Shown here one piece after another: positions 50,801-60,524 of a stretch of DNA of 64,000 nucleotides. Origin of the DNA: Dendrobates tinctorius. Lineage: Eukaryota. The notes beneath the pieces are model-generated. The model made no database searches. It saw only the letters and a list, made by a program, of their open reading frames with translations, and was not told the origin of the DNA. Numbering within the stretch: the first letter of the stretch is position 1; each line of letters starts with the position of its first letter. The DNA lies in assembly GCF_039654945.1 (NCBI RefSeq), contig NW_027361696.1, forward strand, positions 49,228,001 through 49,292,000, in the 5' to 3' direction. The translations under genes and the position numbers were made by a program.

Positions 50801-52273
50801 CTTTCCTGCTTTTTGACCGTGGCTGATCTTTTGACTACTCTCCTGCCTTGTAAATCTGACCCAGTTATGACCTCCTGGTTCTCACCCAGCTACCCAACTA
50901 TTCTACTCACCAGCTCACACCACCAAAGCATTTAACTCAGAGGCCCGAGCCTAGGAATCATTTTTAAGTCCATATACTTGTATTGGGGATTAAATGGTGA
51001 AGGCCAGGGCAACCCTGGCATCTGGAAAACAGAGTAGCTAGTGGCAAGCCTATTCATGGTAGCCCTCCTTAGAGTTGTCAAGGGATCACGTACAGCACTC
51101 CCTTTACATTTAGTTGGTATGGATGGATAAGAAGCTCTAAATTTCTTCCCTTAAAGGGAAAATGTCACCAGGTTTTTGACACCTAGTTTGAGAGCACCAT
51201 AATGTAGAGACAGATACACTGATTCCAGCCATGTATCACTTTCTGGCGTGATTGCTTTAGTTTGTGTTAAAATCACTGATTCATCTCCAGAGGACTAATA
51301 AACCTGCTGCCATGTAGTCCAACCATACCCCCCCCATCTCTGATTGGCAACTTGCTGCTTATGCACAGTGTACACACATATCAGCCAATCAGGGATGTAA
51401 GCGGGGTTATACAGTGCCCAGTATGCAGAGTACTCAAGATTTGCAACAGTTAAAACTATGATTGTATCAAAACTACAGCAAACAGCCTAGTAAGTGATAC
51501 ATCACCAGAATCAAGGTCTCTGCCCCTACATCTTTCATATGAGGTAGAAAAAAAACTATTGACAGTTTCCCTTTAACAACCTGTTGTCCTATTCTGTCTC
51601 ATGTTTCAAATGTGTACTATATATATATATATAAGGAATTTTTCGACATGTGTCCCCGGAGATCAGCTCTTCCTTCACTCCCTTATACAAACTTCACATC
51701 AGACTTGTTTCTGACCATAAGGCAGAAAGGAACCATCTCCACGTCATTGACCAGGCCACTTTTTATGCCAGGTGGAAATTGAAGCATTTCTGGTGTCAAC
51801 AACTCATGTGTATGCAACTGTATCACCAATCCCAACTCTATGACTGAAGATCGCATTTGTTGCTTGATCTCCTTGATGAAGTTGATTAAACCTTTTGGCG
51901 GATGCTACTTGGAGTTGAAGGTCCCTCTTCTAGTTAAGGCGGGTTGCTCAAGCTAAAGCCATTTGGTAAAGTCCAGTTGGTTTTGAGCCACCTCTGTCTA
52001 CCAGACCGACCTTGACCTCCGATGATTGAACACTTTATCTTCTTAACATATCCAGTGTTTTTCTCCTCAGCTCTTGCAGAAGATTGGGCTTACAAAGGAT
52101 GTGCCACCAAGAACATTTGCATTCATCAAATTCCTCCTTTTCCTGAGACTGTATTTCATGATGGCTACAAAATCACATGCACTAGAAGCGAAGTCGAGGA
52201 TGATGACAAAGATGAAGAGGAATATGATGATGACAAAGACGACCAAGATGAAGAGGAATATGATCCTAGTTAA
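39745..52273 (+). CDS. Gene B: secreted two-domain Ly6/uPAR protein (PLI-gamma / SPF-like) with acidic C-terminal tail, 5 exons, 227 aa
   Basis: join(39745..39796,40028..40150,47243..47389,49738..49896,52071..52273) = 684 nt, GT-AG phase-1 introns, open frame: MKNFSGIVIMFFIYITTAVSLYCEKCENYHGKTCENTTTEICDPSVTSCRTTVMFEHIGNGKFYQIWKSCANSPSLCNLTFNMTVGIDIYSLTKCCKGNLCNSESLPLVPTNYKEKRNGVECPYCYARGKGVKSCTPSDTMKCRGPQSRCFSFAGKICNSTLAEDWAYKGCATKNICIHQIPPFPETVFHDGYKITCTRSEVEDDDKDEEEYDDDKDDQDEEEYDPS*. Same exon architecture as gene A. Confidence 0.9.
40028..40150 (+). CDS. Gene B exon 2 (LU domain 1, N-half)
   Basis: SLYCEKC...TC...ICDP...SC; 123 nt; AAG acceptor, GTAACT donor. Confidence 0.88.
40209..42060. 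repeat. ~35-bp minisatellite; the array resumes at 47091-47203
   Basis: Tandem GCAGTATTATAGTAGTTATATTCTTGTACATAGG(G), same orientation on both sides of the 5-kb insert. Confidence 0.95.
42238..45305 (+). mobile_element. Non-autonomous LTR retroelement with one decayed ORF (coiled coil, Pro-rich linker, cold-shock domain) and no pol
   Basis: Putative 5' LTR TGTAGTGCCC...GGGCGACCCA 42238-43524 (TATAAAA at 42423); PBS TGGCGTCACGAACAGGAT 43529-43546; ORF 43603-44670 continuing in the -1 frame to 45188; PPT-like AACG10 before 45127; 3' repeat 45127-45305 matches 43345-43524; no TSD found. Confidence 0.8.
44652..44855 (+). pseudogene. Cold-shock domain (OB-fold) coding segment within the LTR element
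   Basis: GQVLNVNRERGFGFISDPKRISDLFFSQRDV...LEPGEYVTFTRHEGLRG*YALNIRR fits the CSD pattern GxVKWFNxxKGFGFI...DVFVH...LxEGxxVxF...GxKGxxAxNV; in-frame TGA at 44832. Confidence 0.75.
46135..46502. mobile_element. PIF/Harbinger MITE
   Basis: TAA|GGCTACTTTCACACTTGCG...CGCAAGTGTGAAACCAGCC|TCA; internal AAAACGCA/TGCGTTTT repeats. Confidence 0.8.
47243..47389 (+). CDS. Gene B exon 3 (LU domain 1, C-half)
   Basis: KSC...LC...KCCKGNLCN; 147 nt; TTTTTAG acceptor, GTAAGT donor. Confidence 0.9.
47823..48926 (-). mobile_element. Non-autonomous Helitron-like element (short copy)
   Basis: Minus-strand 3' end is a GC hairpin followed by CTAG|T; contains 48-bp and ~69-bp repeat units; homologous to 55089-58077. 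Confidence 0.65.
48929..49373. mobile_element. Tc1-derived palindromic MITE
   Basis: CAGTACAGACCAAAAGTTTG / CAAACTTTTGGTCTGTACTG with ~195-bp inverted arms. Confidence 0.85.
49463..49647. mobile_element. Inverted Penelope-like pLTR pair with a variant hammerhead motif at 49555-49590
   Basis: ~90-bp arms; GGC-TTGATAA-A-GACGG-gtca-CCGTT-GAAAC-GTC-GCC. Confidence 0.55.
49738..49896 (+). CDS. Gene B exon 4 (LU domain 2, N-half)
   Basis: NGVECPYC...SC...KCRG...RC; 159 nt; CAG acceptor, GTAAGT donor. Confidence 0.9.
51155..51572. mobile_element. T2/Kolobok-type MITE
   Basis: TTAA|AGGGAAAATGTCA...TGACAGTTTCCCT|TTAA. Confidence 0.7.
52071..52273 (+). CDS. Gene B exon 5 (LU domain 2 C-half plus acidic tail)
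   Basis: YKGCATKNIC...ITCT then EVEDDDKDEEEYDDDKDDQDEEEYDPS*. Confidence 0.88.
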
Positions 52274-52390
52274 AAGTTTTGACTTCTTTGCATTTTTTAT
52301 GATCCTGACAAATGGGGCATTATGATGCTTTACAAATGGCTACAACACGCAAACTCTCAATCTGAGCAAATACCAGTATTCTCTTTTTCC

Positions 52391-52396
52391 AATAAA
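52391..52396 (+). terminator. Probable polyadenylation signal of gene B
   Basis: AATAAA ~120 nt after the stop codon. Confidence 0.6.
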
Positions 52397-53049
52397 GTTT
52401 GAACTAAAAAAAAAACAAACATGTCATATATAATTAAATGAGGGATATGGGGATATGGCAAATAAACCAAAATAGGAGCCATTACTAAGACCTACTGCAT
52501 TATAATAGCCCACATGATCAGGCCATAAAAAGAGGTGCTGTATCAGTATAAAACTTGCCCATATGAGTCAGCATAGAATGGGTCCATCAATTTGTGTAAC
52601 TAGAGTCCAATGGGCCCCAGTGAAAAATTTGAAAATGACCCCCCCCTTATTGGTCAGATCTATGGACCCTTGTAGCCATCTAAATCCTATAAAGACATAT
52701 GTGTTCACCCCATCCTGGTTTCCATATGTTCCCCATCCTGGACCCCTCCTATTATATATGTTCCCCAAGTTGGTATATACAGTATGTCCCCATTCTTGGT
52801 ATATATGTCCCTTATCCTGGGCCCCTTCCTAGTAGATATGTCCCCATCCAGTAATACATGTCTCCCTTCCTGGTATATATGTCCTTCATCTTGGGCCCCT
52901 TTCTGGTATTTATGTCCCCCATTCTGGTATATATGGCCTACATCCTGGGCCCATCATGGTGTATATGATCACCATCTTGGTATATATATCTCCCATCTTG
53001 GGCCCCTTTCTGGTTTACAGTCATAAAAAAATGAAGTATTTCTCCCTGA

Positions 53050-53640
53050 AAATTATTGCAATTACACATGTTTTGTTATACACATGTTTATTTTTTTTTG
53101 TGTGTATTGGAACAGCATAAAAAAAATTGTGAAAAAAGGCAAATTGAACATAATTTCACACAAAACCCCAAAAATGGGCCAGACAAAATTATTGGTACCT
53201 TTCTAAAAATGTGGGTAAACAACTTTATGTCAAGCATGTGATGCTCATTTAAACTCACCTGTGGCAAGTAACAGGTGTGGGCAATATGAAAATCACACCT
53301 GAAACCAGATAACAAGGGGAGAAGTTGACTCAATCTTTGCATTGTGTGTCTGTGTGTGCCACACTAAGCATAGGGAACAGGAAGAGGAGATGAGAACTGT
53401 CTGAGGACTTGAGAATCAAAATATCAACAATCTCAAGGTTACAAGTCCATCTCCAGAGATGTTGATGTTCCTTGGCCAACAGTGTGAAACAAAATCATGA
53501 AGTTTGCAAATCATGGCACTGTAGCTAATCTCCCTGGATGTGGACGGCAGAGAAAAATTGATGAAAGGTTGCAATGCGAGATAGTCTGGATATTGGATAA
53601 GCTGCCCCAATCAAGTTCCACAGAAATTCAAGCTGTCCTC
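53050..53640 (+). mobile_element. Tc1 fragment related to the 22650-24025 element
   Basis: ELSEDLR...[21 protein letters not shown] with indels. Confidence 0.75.
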
Positions 53641-54284
53641 AGTAGAGGACTCCTCCACTCCTGTGAATCAAACAGCTTCTCCCTTTACTGAGCTCTTGAG
53701 CTGACTGGTCCTCCTCCATTACAGATTTAAATTTTTTTCCGCTCTTCTGGGGGGGACTTTGTAACCTAACACTGTTCAGTGGTGGCCACCTTGAATCCCA
53801 AAATGTCACACTATTTTTCTGCAATGATCAGAGACAGAAGGCTCTCAGCAGGCTAAACTCGGGGACATTATACTTTTTTTTGCCACAAGGAAGCATCACA
53901 TAACAAATAAGAGATGCAGCCAGAAAACAATACAGCTTCATAGCATCACATCTTTAGAAAGGTGGCCATCTGGCTAATGACACTGGTGGTTCCTCTGGTA
54001 TTTCACTGCACACTCTAACCATAATTCTCTGCCCCCGGCCTCAGAAGTAAAAACACCACAGAACTTCCTCACCATTATGGTCACTTAGAGAAGAGTGAAT
54101 CTGTCCAAATTAAAAATGCAAGCTTCCCCTAAAACCGGGGAAGAAAATTGATTTGCATTAAAATTTATTAGGATTGCTTGTAAAAGACAATTATTATGAG
54201 TTAAAAAAAGAAAAAATGCTATATGCATCTCAGCACTTACTTATCCTGGAGCTGAGTCTCCCTTTCTGGTCTTCAATTGGCTCG

Positions 54285-54640
54285 CTTCCTCGCTCTGGTT
54301 TTTCAGGTCCTCTGCTGGCTTGCTTCCTACTGCCAGCCTTTCAGGTCCTCTGCTGGCTTGCTTACTCCCTCCCACCTTTCAGGTCCTCTTCAGGCTTGTT
54401 TCCTCCCTACTGCCTATCAGGTCTTTTGCTGTCTCGTTTCTTCCCTTTGGCCTTGCAGATCTTTTGCTGGCTCGCTTCCTCCCTACAGCATTTCAGGTCT
54501 TTTGCTGACTCACTTCCTCCCTCTGGCTTTTCAGGTCCTCTGCTGACTTGCTTCATGCCTCCAGCCTTTCAGGTTCTCTCCTGGCACGCTTCCTCCCTCT
54601 GACCTTTCATGTCTTCTTCTGGCACACTTCCTCCCTCCAA
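54285..54640. repeat. ~39-bp pyrimidine-rich minisatellite
   Basis: Tandem TTCAGGTCCTCTGCTGGCTTGCTTCCTCCCTC... Confidence 0.7.
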
Positions 54641-55088
54641 CTCTGGTTTTCTCTTCAATCTTTGGCTCCTCCGGTGCCCACTAGACCTTACATGACATGT
54701 TAACTTGCATCACCCCACAACATTATGACACCATATTTAGGTCTAGTCAATATCGGAGGAGCCTCAGAATGAAAATGGAAGAGAAGAACGGAGGCGGAGG
54801 GAGGAAGTAAGCCAGTTGAGGACCTGGAAAGGAACAGTGGTTATAAGACATATGAGGAATGAGAGTATATATGTTTTATTTCTTTTATTTCTATCCAGCC
54901 TTAAAAACAATAAAGAAAGCAGCACTTCTTGATTTGAGTTAATAAGGTTGCAAAAAGTTCAGATTCTAGCAAATCTAATTTTTTTGTGGAGTTGAAAGTG
55001 AATTCTATTCACTTTCAATCAGTTTTCTTTTCTCTACCAGTAATCAAAGTCAGAAAAAGAAGTCACTTTTGTCAGATTTTATCAGGTA

Positions 55089-58077
55089 CTAGCTGAAGAG
55101 CCCGGTGCTGTCCCGGCATAGTAACTAAATACAGTTAGTTATAACAAATTATAATGATTATATATATATATATATATATATATAAAGCTGAGTGTAGAGC
55201 ACTGCCCACTCTGCATAGCCACATTCACTATAATATCCCAAATCATCCCGTCAGCCAGAGCCACCGGACTACTATCCCTAACATCCCACATCGTCCCGTC
55301 AGCCAGAGCTACCGGACTACTACCCCTAATATCCCACATCGTCCCCTCAGCCAGAGCCACCGACTACTACCCCTAATATCCCACATCATCCCATCAGCCA
55401 GAGCTACCGGGCTACTACCCCTAATATCCCACATCATCCCGTCAGCCAGAGCTACCGGACTACTACCCCTAATATCCCACATCATCCCGTCAGCCAGAGC
55501 TACCGGACTACTACCCCTAATATCCCACATCGTCCCCTCAGCCAGAGCCACCAGACTACTACCCCTAATATCACACATCATCCCGTCAGCCAGAGCCACC
55601 GGATAACTACCACTAACATCATCCCGTCAGCCAGAGCCACCGGACTACTACACCTAATATCCCACATCGTCCCGTCAGCCAGAGCCACCGGACTACTACC
55701 CCTAATATCCCACATCATCCCCTCAGCCAGAGCCACCGGACTACTACCCCTAATATCCCACATCATCCCCTCAGCCAGAGCCACCGGACTACTACCCCTA
55801 ATATCCCACATCATCCCGTCAGCCAGAGCCACCAGACAACTACCACTAACATCATCCCGTCAGCCAGAGCTACCGGACTACTACCTGTAATATCCCACAT
55901 CGTCCCGTCAGCCAGAGCCACCGGACTACTACCCCTAATATCCCACATCATCCTGTCAGCCAGAGCCACCGGACTACTACCCCTAATATCCCACATCATC
56001 CCCTCAGCCAGAGCCACCGGACTACTACCCCTAATATCCCACATCATCCCATCAGAGCCACCGGACTACTACCCCTAACATCCAACATCATCCCATCAAA
56101 GCCACCTGACTACTACCCCCAATATCCAAATAACAGAAAAACTGACGGCACATCAAGAACTAGTCTGAATAGGTGCATACCAAAAAACAGCTTACATATG
56201 AAAATGAGAAAAATGGTTGCACTCGCATTAAGACATGTCAATATGAAATATATGAAGTGTGAATAGCATAAATGGGTTTTGAAATGTAGAAAAAACATAT
56301 GAGATGCTCCACCCTTCACCAAGTTGTGATTTTAATTACATCCAATCACATTTGGTTCCTATCTTCCTATAAAATAGGCTTTACCAAGTTATTAGCCTGA
56401 GGTAAGTGTTCACACTAGGCAGTTAGATTAGGGACCCATTCGATCATGAGATTACCTTGACTTTGGTGAACGGGCTCAAATTTTTTAGCAAAATTTTGTG
56501 CTAAGTATGTCATATGTTTTTTCTAAATTTCAAAAGCCATTTATGCTATTCACACTTCATATGTTTCATATTGACATGTCTTAATGCAATTGAGTGCAAC
56601 CATTTTTCTCATTTTGATATGTATCCCTAATATCCCACATCATCCCGTCAGCCATGGCCACCGGACAACTACTACTAATATCAAACATCATCCCGTCACA
56701 GCCGCCGGACTACTACCCCTAATATCCCACATCATTCCGACAGAGCCACCGGACTACTACCCCTAATATCCCACATCATCCCATCAGCCAGAGCCACCGG
56801 ACTACTACCCCAAATATCCCCCATCAGCCCGTCAGCCTGGGGTCAGAACCAGTGGAATGGTCCTAACTTCCATACTGGGGATCCCTTTAAGAGAGGCCTG
56901 GCATCAGAATCAGAGTGCTGTATGGATTTGCCCTTACGTTCATGCCAATGATCCCTTTAATAGAAGCCTGGGGTGAAAATCAGAGCGCTGAGGGATTTAC
57001 TCTAAATTACATACCGGAGATCCCTTTAAGAGAGGCCTGGGGTCAGAATCAGAGCACAGAGTGGATTTGCCCTCACTTCCATACCAATGATCCCTTTAAG
57101 AGAGACTTGGGTCAGAACCAGTGCGCTGAGTGGAATTGCCCTAACTTCCATACCAGGGATCGCTTTAAGAGAGCCTGGAATCAGAAGCAGAGCGCTGAGT
57201 GGATTTGCCCTGACTTGCATACCAATGATCCCGTTAATAGAATCCTGGGGTCAGAAACAGAGCGCTGAGGGAGGAGATTCTTTTAAGAAAGCCTGGGGTC
57301 AGTACAAAAGCATTTGAAGGCAATTGCCCTGACTTCCATACCGGGGATCCCTTTAAGAGAGCCTGGAGTCAGAACCAGAACGCTGAATGGAATTGCCCTA
57401 ACTTCCATACCAGGGATCCCTTTAAGAGACCCTGGGGTCAGAACCACAGAGCTGAGTGGAACGGTCCTAACTTCCATACTGGGGATCCCTTTAAGAGGGG
57501 CCTGGGGTCAGAACCAGAGCACTTAGTGGAATTGCCCTAACTTCCATACCAATGATCCCTTTAAGAGACCCTGGGGTCAGAACCACAGAGCTGAGTGGAA
57601 CGGTCCTAACTTCCATACTGGGGATCACTTTAAGAGGGGCCTGGGGTCAGAACCAGAGTGCTTAGTGGAATTGCCCTAACTTCCATACCAATGATCCCTT
57701 TAATAGAAGCCTGGGGTCAGAATCAGAGCGCTGAGAGATTTGCCCTAACTTCCATACAGGAGATGCCTTTAAGAGGAAAGATGTGCCTATGGGATGGAGG
57801 ATGTGTGGGTATATGGGCAGGGAGGGGGGGGATTCATTTCTGTCATATGCTCTCTGCTCCTTTCTGGGGGGCAGACAATGTCTGGGAGCTTATGTTCTTG
57901 GGGATGCTAGATTTCTCCCACCCAGTCAGTGTTTGCAGAGGTGTTGTCGTGGAGTGGGAAAACTGTTGCTCATAGCAACCAATCACAGCTCAGCTTCTTT
58001 TAAACAGCTCTGGGGAAATGAAAGATGCTTGTGATTGGTTGGTGATACACATATACATTCAATTTTAAATATATAGA
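55089..58077 (-). mobile_element. Non-autonomous Helitron-like element (long copy) with expanded 48-bp and ~69-bp arrays; fold-back insert at ~56150-56620
   Basis: On the minus strand: A|TC 5' end at 58077 and GC hairpin plus CTAG|T 3' end at 55089. Confidence 0.7.
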
Positions 58078-58370
58078 TTATAAAAGTAATAGAACAGCCC
58101 AGCCAGTGATAGATAGGACTAATACACATGGAAGTAATTACAGCAAATTTTAACTTTACTCACCAAGAGTAAACTGACTTGGTGCTTTCTATACTATTGT
58201 GCAAAATTTAGTAGTTACAATCTTTCAGTTAATGGGTATACATCCAAGGTGGTCACCAACTTTGGAGTTGCAAAAAATAAAACTGCACAGAACACATTTC
58301 CTCCAGAGTCCAGGGGAGGTGGCTTTACACCACTGTGTCCGACACTCGGCATTGCGCTTGATGATGTAAG

Positions 58371-60524
58371 TGTCACGATCCATTTTTGGATCCTTGCCAG
58401 AGTCTGGATTCTCTTAGATAAACGTTTTTCCTTTCAGGCCATCGGGGGTTAATATTAGTTTTTCCCTCCCAGTGGCCGCTGGTGTTACTACAAGTTTAGT
58501 GAGTCTGCTGGTGGCTTCCCCCCCCTGGTGGCCGCTGGCGTTACTACATGTTTAGTTAGTCAGCAGGTGGTCATCACTCCCTCCTTCCTATAAATGGTCA
58601 CGAGGTGCTGCAGCTCACTGTTGGTGATATTATTCCTCTTTAGAGTCCAACCAAGCTGGAGTCAGGAGCAGGCTGTGTTGCAGTGGAGCTCCAGCTATTT
58701 CCTTGATCTGGTGCCTCACTCTGCTGCTCGGAGCATTTGCAGCAGAGAAAGCTAAGTTTTGTTTATTTAACCCCTAGGTGCCTGTATTATCTTTCCTTTG
58801 GTTTTTGGTGCAGTTCACTTTATTCTCTGTCTCACCTCCTGGGGAGGGGGTTGGGGGTTTAGCTCAGGGCTAAACAGGAGATAGGGACAGGTCGGGGACT
58901 TGGGCCTCACTACCATCAAGTGTACCCCCAAGTTAAGGAAAGTCAGTGCACCCCCTTAGCATGAGGGGCAGTGCAGGGGCCTAGGCTCCTCATCCCTTTT
59001 TTTCCCTCAACTGCCCCGTGACATTATCACCAACCATCCCATTTTGTCTGGTGAGAACATGACCCAAATGCAGGCCAGGCCTTTGCCCAACTGCTTCAGA
59101 CCCTCACTGATGAGCTTAGGGTGCTGCATGGTGAGGTGGTGCAGCAGCTGCAGCAGTTTGTGGGGTTTGGGGCCTTGGTTCAGGTACAGGCTCAACCAGA
59201 ACCCAAGATATCTCTCCCTGACAGATTTTCTGGAGGGAGAGGTACATTTTTGGTTTTTCAGGAGGCCTGCAAGTTATACTTCAGGCTCCGTCCTCATTCA
59301 TCAGGGAGTGAGGACCAATGGGTGGGAATCATTATGTCCCTTCTTAAGGGTGATCCCCAAACCTGGGCCTTCTCCCTGCCGGTCGCTTGACCATCTCTAC
59401 AATCAGTAGATGAGTTTTTTGCGGCATTGGCGCTGGTGTATGGAGATCCTGATGGCGTCTCCCTGGCGGAAACCCGACTCAGTAAGATCGAGCAGGGGGG
59501 CTGGCCTGCTGAGGAGTACTGCTCAGAGATTAGGGGGTGGGCCACTGACACATAGTGGAATGACCCTGCCCTTAGGAGTCATTTTGCGCATTGTCTGTCC
59601 CCAAAGTTGAAGGATACTCTGGTGCAGTATGCCGGCCCCAGGTCGTTGGAGGCCGCCATATCCCTTGCCATCCGGGTGGATAGACGCCTCAAGGAGAGGC
59701 ATACACCAAATGTGCCCCCTGTAGTCCTTGCTAGGGAGGAGGACACCCCAGTGCTGACAGATGAACCCATGCAGGTGGGAGGAGGCCAAACGGTGTTGCC
59801 TGCAGTTCGCCGTGGTATGGGGGCATGTTTTTTCTGTGGGTAGACTAGTCATTTCATCGGAGTCTGCCCAGCACGTGCCAAATCTTCTGTACCAGCTAAG
59901 AAGCCGCGTTCCCCTGGTCGTGTGGAGAGAGGCGACCAGGGAGTGTATATTTCCTCCATTTCTTCCCCTCAGTGTAACCTGTCTGCGGAAATGGTGCTTG
60001 GCAGGGAAACTGAGGGTCTACTGGTACTTGTGGACAGTGGAGCTGAAGTCAATCTGGTGGATGCTCACTTTGTCCGGACCCATGGCCTGTGGTGTAGGAT
60101 GCTAGTCAAACCCCTAAGCATCCAGGCCATTGACTCTGTCCCACTTAGCCAGGGGAGGTTGACCCAAGTCATAGATAACATTCATCTACGTATAGGGACT
60201 CATCATGAAGAGTCCCTGTCATGCTACGTCTTGGAGGGAATGCCAGCACCTATCATTTTAGGCCTCCCGTAGTTGAAAAAACACAACCTGGTAATAGATT
60301 GGCGGTCTAGGGAAGTAGTCGTCTGGGGTCAATCATGTAAGAGTTGCTGCCTGGGGGCTACTGTCTCTGCTGTCATTCTACAACCATCCCCTTCTTCTCC
60401 AGTGGGGGGAGCAGAGGTGCTGCCAGGGAGTAGGGGCAAGTCACTACCCTCACCACATGCTAACCCTGGGTGTCAGAGTCCTCTTAGGAGGAGGGGTCAG
60501 AGGAGGGTGGTGACTCCTTCTGAG
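58371..60524 (+). mobile_element. Ty3/Gypsy (Sushi/chromovirus-like) LTR retrotransposon, 5' part, decayed
   Basis: LTR TGTCACG...CGTGACA 58371-59023; gag EPKISLPDRFSG...LLKGDPQTWA, EPMQVG, CCHC knuckle CFFCG*TSHFIGVC; protease LVDSGA; stops present. Confidence 0.88.

Noticed and set aside
52196-52240. FLAG-tag or vector contamination (YDDDK / DDDK)
   Set aside because: Not DYKDDDDK; it is continuous with a native spliced exon and 3' UTR and is explained by a local duplication.
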